NCBI RefSeq assembly: GCF_009914755.1
Contig: NC_060929.1
Direction: 5' to 3' (one strand)
Origin: the human T2T-CHM13v2.0 reference genome, Homo sapiens
DNA: 64,000 nucleotides
This document shows positions 55,569-64,000 of the stretch, in pieces. Every line of letters begins with the position of its first letter. Positions within the stretch are counted from its first letter, which is position 1. A program made the translations under genes and the position numbers. The notes under the pieces were generated by a model that had not been told where the DNA came from, did no database searches, and saw only the letters and a program-made list of their open reading frames with translations.

Positions 55569-57883
55569 ATTATAGAGTTATTATATAGGTCAGATAAATG
55601 TAAAAAGTTGTTGTAGAGCTTTTTTAAAAAGTCTAAAATGCTCTGTAAGCCTAAGTTCCTGTTTAATATTGGAAGGTGAAGCAAACAAGGAAGGGATGGT
55701 GGATAAGTGGGATGAGCTGTTGCTCCACCCATCCAACCCATGGTACATTGTGAATCTGTCACTACATTGTATCCAGTGGAGCCAGTACTCCTCTTTGACA
55801 TTTTTCAACATAACACTCTAGGCCTCAAGATGAAACTTATCTCCAAACCCTACAATAAGCTTATGTATTGTTGGAATACTTTAGGACCAGTCTGGTGTTT
55901 TAAAGTACTGCTTAGCACTTATAGAGCTCTGGCTCTCATTTAAACTCTAGGAAAACAGATGTGATCCCTATGACAGCCTGGGGGTCTCTGCCTTACAAGC
56001 CCTACAAGGGTTGGCTACTGCTATTCCCATCATAATGCTCCCTCTGCCACCATCCCCACCACCATCTTTATCTGGAAGTGATTTACCTCCTTCTGCCTCT
56101 CAAAGGACATCAGACCAAAACAGAGTCTCCATCTATTTCCTCTTAAAGCAAAGGTGGCAAGAGGCCCCTCTGCCAAGGCCATTTTCATGGAACATGCTCT
56201 TTCCTCATTGAATCCAGTTCATGCGGGAACTGCCTGAAACATGGGGTACCTATACCTCCCTACCCCCAACAACTGCCCTGAAGTCATGCCCCTCGGGAGA
56301 TCCACTGCTTCTCAGTGGATGCAGCCATTCTGATGATCACAGAAGAAACTGGATCTCTCCCAAGTGAATATCACATGCAAAACTGTTTCTCTGCAGCAGC
56401 CAAAGGAAGCCTGTAGAATTGGCAGTTCTTTCAAAAGACGCCACAGCAGAGTAGTCCACGTGGATGTAGGGATCTGAAAAGCATGTGTCAAAGACTCCTT
56501 CACTGCAACATGAAGTGTACAAGAAGCTTCTCTGTGTAGATTTTAAGTCAAGACTCAACATGACATTCTGAGCCATGTGAGGAGGAACTCAGACAGCTCA
56601 ATTTGACAAAAGAGCAGGTTCTCTGTGTTTTATAGACCTTGCTAATGAACGAGTCCCGTGGCCTCTGCTGGACCGGCTCCGCAGTGCTCTGCCAGCCTGT
56701 TTCCCATGCATCTGTAAATTCATCGAGCTATAATGGATGGCTGGTGCCTGCAGAGGCTGACGTCTAGGCCTTTCTGTCCGGGATACATAGAGATCTCAAG
56801 CCATTAATAATTCATTCTGGAGTAATGAACATAGCTGTACCAAGTTGTGAGCAGTAATAATCAAGTGATGGATCAATTTATTACTTCAGTGTGCCGAAAG
56901 ATAATGGTCATTAATAATGAAAGGTGTAACTCTTCCCACCCAAAAAAAAGTTTCCTAAGACTTAGATCAATGTGTCTTTTAAGTTCTAAAATAACATGGA
57001 TCATTAAAAGGGAAATGAATTATGCTGGGTAACCTCAAGCTTATTTATATTCAGAGTTGCTAATCCAGAATTAATATACCTTTTTTCCAAATGCCTTTGG
57101 GCACTGGGGCCTGCAAATCAGAGTAATTATTACTCATTAATTAAGTCTAAGAAATGGAACATAGCTGAAGACTTTGATAAGGGAGGTTGGGATAGTTGAG
57201 ATACATTCCCCAAAAATCATTTGAAGTTTAATGAGTAAGTAGCTGGGTTGGGAATAATTGTTTTAGGCCTACTCAGAAACTCTCCTCATCTTTTATTGCC
57301 TTAGTGAAAGCTCATTGTGCACCTCCTGTGCCAAGCAGTGTGCTTAGCACTGGTGCTACCAAATAAAATACCATACTTCCTCTTCTCAGGCCTTGGTAGG
57401 GATGACAACACTGTGTAATAAATGCAGGAGCAGGCCAACACTTCTGCCTTCACTGGGTATAGAGGATTGGAGAAAGGTGAAAGGAAAGTACAGAAAGGAA
57501 TGGGCCATTTGAGCTGAGCCTTGCATATTAACAGTTTGCCAAGCAAAGAAAGCAGCAGAAGAACATTTCAGGCAGAGGAATGATATGGACAAAGGCAGAG
57601 AGGTGTGGAAGTGGAATGAGAGTGAAAAGTGAATTAGTATGATAATTACCACATATCCCATGCATTCTCACATTTAATCTGTACAACATTCACATGAAGT
57701 AGGTATGTTATTCACCCAACTTCTTCTTTTTTTTGAAGATGAGGAACCCAAAGCTTAGAAAGATTGAGTCACTCTGCCCAGACACCCAGAGCTGGGAGGT
57801 GGCACAGGCAGGCCTAGTGGTGATTTGAGGAAAGGTATGCTGTTTTATAAGAGTTCAGTCTTTGTGTTAAAAATAGTCGGGCA

Positions 57884-58351
<468 letters not shown>

Positions 58352-60382
58352 GAAAGAAGAAAGAAAAACAGTGGGGCCCACTACAGGTTTACAGTCGTCA
58401 TTATCAGAACAATTAAACAATAAAAGCACTGCTAAACATTCACATGTGCCATGCCATTGTGTTCTCCCCAGGGGAGGTGTGAGAGCTGAGTTTTAGGTGG
58501 AACTGCTGATAGCAGGGAGGATAAAGCTGAAATTAGAGGTTCTTGGGTCAGGAACCCTAGTTAGGAGGCTGTTACTTTAGTCAGATGTAGTGTGGAGAAG
58601 CCTGACGGGGAAAAATGATCATCATCCAAACCATGTATTTTTATATTGGTCTACAATTTGAAGGTACTTTCATAAAAAAATAGCTTGTTGATTCACTTGC
58701 ACACGGGACTTTTGTGACAAGAGGCTAAGTTTAATGACTTAGCTCTTTTGGGAGGGGAAGTATAAGGACATAGAATTTCCTTGCCACACAGAGGAGCTGA
58801 TGTTGAAAGTAGTGATGTTAAAAGCAGCTTGTAAATATGCATACTTGCTGATTGACTGAGGCACAGAACCGAAGTCTCTCCCCCTTGCCAGGTCAGAATT
58901 TGACCATCTGCATTAACTTTGTCAAACTGGAAATGTGATGTAATTCTGGGTAGAATGGAAAACATAAGTAAAACCAGGAGACTCAGCAAGAACTAAGAAA
59001 ATGTTTGTAAAATATTCTTTATGTGGACCAGAAACAGGCCACTCTCCCTGCTGCAGGTGTTGCTTAGCAATCAAAAAGCAAATCCTCTTTCTAACTGGGC
59101 TGTGCCACAGTTAAAGTTTCATAAACCTAACCATGCTCTGCCCACCTTTAGAGGAGGAAGTTAAACTCAGCCCTAAAAAAATTATAGAAAAGTACACATC
59201 TGCTAATAAAATTGGTTGATATGGTATTTCAATAAAGGCTCAGTTTAAAAACCAGCGCTTAAGGCAGTATAATCTCTTTTCTTCCTTAAAAAAAAAAAAA
59301 GTGTACCAGAGAAACAGTGAGAAACACTGCAGGCATTTATAGAATTGTGTGAAAAAATACTCCATATAAATAGCACTAAATGCTAGGGAGGTAGGTCTGT
59401 GCAAACTGCCTATCTCTACCCAATTTGTCTCTAGTTTCAAGTTAGTAATGAATAGCTTCCTTCTTGTAACAGGTGATTTAGGGAAGCTCTTGATATTGTC
59501 TCAACAAAACTGAATGGCATTAACTTTTAACTTATTTGTTGCCAAGTAGATGATTTATATGTTTTTATACATGGGGCCAGCAAGTGAACAATCGAGTTTT
59601 ATAGCTAGGTCCTGGTGGCCTGGGTATGGAGTTCAGATACATCTTTTGAGTAGTTGTTTATTCAAAAATATGCCTACGTCTTTAGCAAATTACTCACAGG
59701 GTCAGCGACTGTTGACCCTGTGTGTTTGTTAGACTTTGAGTGTAAGTGACAATATAAACACAGCCATATAGATGAATATACACTAGTGCATTTTTATTTC
59801 TGTTTATGCCCTGTTTCACTTAATGTGAGCCATATGTTTAATCTGATCGGCCTTTAATACTTTACATCTAAAGTGCTGAATTTCCTTACTTGGTTTTAAA
59901 TATCCAGATCTGCCCATTTAAAAAATTATGTCTATTTAATGCTTATGTTTGCAAATGTATTAAAGCCATCAAGAGGTTTTACATTTGCCATGGAGAAAAA
60001 TGCTAACGATTGCAGTTTAAGCAGCTGCCAAGTACATAAATTGTAATTAAGAGGGATTAGCAGTTACCTGGACTTGCAAAACAGGGATTCAGATGTTCAA
60101 AGGTTAGTAATTTGGCAGATAGTTGCTTTGGTTGGTTGGTTGTTCTAGGCAAAATGGAAATGATAAAGCGTGTCATATCCTGAAATAGCAAAATAGCCTG
60201 GATGCTGAAGATTTCTGAAATGTGGTAGATTTTCTGACTCCTGTGGCATCTGACGATGACCCAAGTTCTGGCTCCTACAGATGAGGAGTCTATAAATAGG
60301 AAGATAGGAAGGATACAGGGTGGTTGGTATCTCTGTGTACACGATTTGTCTCATTGGTACCTTTTCTTTTCCTTCCTCCCAG

Positions 60383-60542
60383 TGTTGCTAACAACCACAA
60401 GCAGAATTTGATGACGGTGGCAAACCTTGGTGTGGTGTTTGGACCCACTCTGCTGAGGCCTCAGGAAGAAACAGTAGCAGCCATCATGGACATCAAATTT
60501 CAGAACATTGTCATTGAGATCCTAATAGAAAACCACGAAAAG
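60383..60542 (+). CDS. ARHGAP26: Internal coding exon (160 nt, phase 2 to phase 0) of Rho GTPase-activating protein 26 (GRAF1), C-terminal part of the RhoGAP domain
   Basis: Polypyrimidine tract cttttcttttccttcctcccAG (AG at 60381-60382) and donor AAG|GTAATA (GT at 60543). Translation (t)[53 protein letters not shown] carries the RhoGAP N-x-M-x-x-x-N-L-x-x-x-F-G-P-T-L motif. The residues VANNHKQ, LLRP, AIMDI and VIEI fit GRAF1 as recalled. Confidence 0.95.
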
Positions 60543-61891
60543 GTAATATGTAATTGATCACTTGCAGTGAAGAATGTACCTGGGGGGAAGCTGCATTGGA
60601 ATTGACCTTCAGAGTTGGCTCAGATTTGCATTGCTAATCACTCTTACACTGTCATGACGATGAAGTTGCTGGTGGTGGTAGTGATGGTGGTGATGATAAT
60701 GTAAGGTTGGTGGTAAAGGTGTCAACCGTGGTAGTTACAATGACAACAGCCATGGTTATGGTGGTGGCAGTGGTGGGTAAAATTGATTGAGCATTATGTG
60801 CCAGGAACTGTGTTAAATACTTTATATGTATATTGTTATTTTATCCTCACAACAATTCAATGAAGGAAGTACTCTTATGAACCTCATTTTGGAAACATGC
60901 TTTGCCCATTTCTTACTTGATTGTTTTCTTATGAATTTATGAGTTTTTTAAATTTTAGGGATATTAAACTTTCTTCATTTGTGTTGCAAATATTTTGACC
61001 TATAGTTTGTCTTTCAGTTTTATAAATGGTGTTGTATTTTTTGTACCGTTTGTGTGCGCGTGTCTTTATGGTCTGTCTTTTCTTTTGGGGAATTGGGGTT
61101 CCTAGTCTTTCTTTCGAAGGTTTTCCTCATCCCCCAATTTGAAGAATATTAACGCAGAGCTGCCCTTGTAAAACTGGGGAGGGGACATAAAGCTGCAGTC
61201 CTCTCACCCACTTCATTGCTCTTATGAGCAAATCCATATGAAGCTTCTCAGAACTTGTGCAGGGTTCCCTAAAGCACCATTTGGCAGCAACAAATCTGGA
61301 ATCTAATAAAAAATGCTGTTTCTCTTAAATAAAAACTTTGCCTAGAATGGCAAATTAATCATGCACAATAAATCCAGAATCTGACCATGCCTCACCACGT
61401 ACACTGATAATGTTGTAAGCCACCACTACCTCTTGTCTGACTTTTTACAAGAGCCTCCTAATTTGTTTCTTTCTTGTACCCTTGGCCTGACAATTCTGAT
61501 ACCAGCCACCAGAATGAGATTTTTTTTAATGTTAAGCCAGATGGTATCAGTTTTCTCCTAAGAATTATCCAGTGGCTTCCCATTTCATACATTTGCCCAC
61601 ATAGTCTCTGTCCTTTTACTGTTACTACCTGATCTCGTCTCCTGCATCTCTCCTATAGCCATCTTGTTTCTGCCTTGCTGTTTCTTGGACACCACAGGCA
61701 CATTCCTACTTCAAGGCCTTCGCAGTTGCTGTTCCCAGTGGTTGGAACACTGTTCTTCCATAAAACCACATGGCATACTTCTCCCTTCCTTCAAGTGTAC
61801 TAAGTGAAGCCTACCTAGATCTCTCTGTTTAAAATTATAATCCCAACTTCCTGCATTCCCTTTTCCTTTTATTCCACTTAGTCTGTTTTCA

Positions 61892-62319
61892 TATCAAAAG
61901 ACAAAATCACAACAAGTTTAGTTTAAAGATGTTAATTGACTTTTATTTGCGATTCTAGAATTGGGCAACACCTCATTCTGTAAAATAGAATGAATATTCC
62001 AGGAGCTGAGCAGAGGAGGTTGGCTTTATAGACAGAAAAGGGCTAAAGAAGAGAACAAAAAGCAGATTAATTGTTTTGAAGTTACTTTCCTTGTAAAAGT
62101 TAAAGCAGAGGGGACTTCCTTCAGTGCTGACTAAAACTGGCCTGTTTGGGGATTTGCCTGTTATCTCTCCCCTCATTTATTGGAAGGTCAGACAAACAAC
62201 TTATTTTTGGCTTGATGGCATAGAACTTCAGCAGAAGTAACTGCATTTTGATTTGGTCTCTTGAGCCTAGGGCAGGAGCTCAGTCCAAACCAGTGGCCTC
62301 CTATCAATTTTATTTAACA
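61892..62319 (-). mobile_element. MER31-like ERV1 solo LTR inserted in L2
   Basis: Minus strand starts tgttaaataaaattgataggaggccactggtttggactgagctcctgc, as recalled for MER31A/B. Confidence 0.7.
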
Positions 62320-62472
62320 CATAGGACTTCACAAATTATAGGGCATGTAATAAAATTTACTTACTGATTAGATCCATTGGCTTTCTGACCTCTTCAAGCA
62401 TGTGTGCTTCAGGAAAGCAGGGACGTTGTGTTTTGTTCCTCAGTAGGCACTAGTACATTGGTTTTGGGTGAA

Positions 62473-62615
62473 TGTGACAGCCAGCCTCCAAAATGGCTCC
62501 CAGTGATCCTGTCCACCAGTGTTCATTCCCTTGTGTAGCCCCCTCCACCTCTGAATAGAGCTAGCCTATGTGATCAATAGAATATTGCCAAAGTCATGGT
62601 ATTTGACTTCTGAGA
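62473..62615 (+). mobile_element. MLT1F-like LTR 5' fragment
   Basis: tgtgacagccagcctccaaaatggctcccagtgatcc start motif. Confidence 0.6.
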
Positions 62616-62921
62616 ACAGAACATGTACATTACTCTGGGAAGGTCATCCTTCATATTCATAGGGTTTGTCGTCTTTGTGAGAGCAATTGGAATAAGCCAT
62701 CTTGACTCCTTTTTCACTGTAGCTTCAGGCCTAGCCTGGTATGAAGTAAGGAGATGCTCCCTCAGTCTTTTTTGGAAGTCTGTGGTGTTCAACTCACAGC
62801 AATTCTAAGCATCCGTGGCTGTGCTCTGGCCTCTGGCTTTCTGGAGATAACACTTTGTATAAACTCCCTGCCAATAGAACTTAACTTTAACCATCAAATC
62901 CAGAGCAATTTTATGTCCTCA

Positions 62922-63265
<344 letters not shown>

Positions 63266-63360
63266 ATGTTTTAGAACATAAAACTTCATAGTATTTAAGG
63301 TCTTAGTTAATACTTACCAACCATTTCCTTAGACTTGGCTTTAATTTTCTGTAATAGAAA

Positions 63361-63386
63361 CACACACACACACACACAAACACACA
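63361..63386. repeat. Interrupted (CA)n microsatellite
   Basis: cacacacacacacacacaaacacaca. Confidence 0.85.
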
Positions 63387-63739
63387 ATGTCTAGGGGTGA
63401 CTCTTCTTCTGTCTAGTCTTAGTGTCAAAAGTTAGACAAAATCCTGAAACCCTATTTGAAGAAATGCTTTCCAGCAGCACCTTTTCATGTGAAACAAGTT
63501 TGCTTGAAACAAGCCCTACTACAGGGCTAAAGTATATACCCCCCATAGCGACTAGCACAGTATTCTCTCATGTTGTTAACATCTTATATAAGGTATTTAC
63601 TTTGTGCTTCGGAATAATCATTAGGAGGGCTCTAGGAATAAATGGAACATAGCACTGAAAAGAAGGTGTGGAAACCTAGGCATCTAGCCATTGGAGCCAC
63701 TCCATTGACGGAGAGACGAAGAGAGCCATGAGATGTTTT

Positions 63740-64000
63740 AATTTTCTATTGCTATATAGCAAATCATCTCCAAACCTAGTGACTTAAAATAGCAATTATT
63801 TTATTACTCTCAATTCTGTGAGTCAGAAATTTGAGAAGGGCTTATGTGTGCCCCTTGTGGTATCAGCTGGGTTGGTTTGACTGGGACTGGAGGGTCCAAG
63901 GTGGCCTCACTCCACACAGCTGGGACTTTGGTACTAGGTGTTGACCAGAATGCCTTGATCCTCTGCCACAAGACCCCCCTCTTTCCAGGTGCTGTCCCAT
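63740..64000. mobile_element. MLT1H-like LTR running off the window end
   Basis: tttctattgctatatagcaaatcatctccaaacctagtgacttaaaatagca terminus. Confidence 0.6.

Noticed and set aside
60324-60557. 77-aa ORF as a stand-alone gene
   Set aside because: It is the spliced exon plus intronic read-through. The N-terminal part translates the polypyrimidine tract and the C-terminal VICN is intron.

Overview
Primate (most likely human) genomic DNA, about 60 kb of one long intron followed by a single 160-nt coding exon (60383-60542, + strand) encoding the C-terminal end of a RhoGAP domain. The peptide [53 protein letters not shown] matches my recollection of ARHGAP26/GRAF1 rather than its paralogues ARHGAP10 or OPHN1. 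The intron is filled with Alu, L1, L2, MIR, MaLR/ERV LTRs and DNA-transposon fossils. The largest accessory element is a 6.4-kb antisense HERV-IP (LTR10F / HERVIP10F(H)-like) provirus at 27969-34390, with both LTRs, a 4-bp TSD, tRNA-Pro PBS, PPT, a near-complete but broken env and only scraps of pol. I see no new protein-coding system: apart from this exon and the ERV/L1 remnants, the ORF track looks spurious. The most notable observations are (1) 15 CpGs in one LTR versus 2 in its sister, together with a 28-bp AP-1 VNTR and host-sense splice donors; (2) a 157-bp patch copied from 3.75 kb away into an Alu; (3) an L1PA insertion with a 3'-transduced tail; (4) an L1PA3 3' end fused onto a tail-less AluJ; (5) two diverged tandem duplications. 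Repeat subfamily names come from recalled consensus features, not from a database search, and boundaries of old repeats are approximate.
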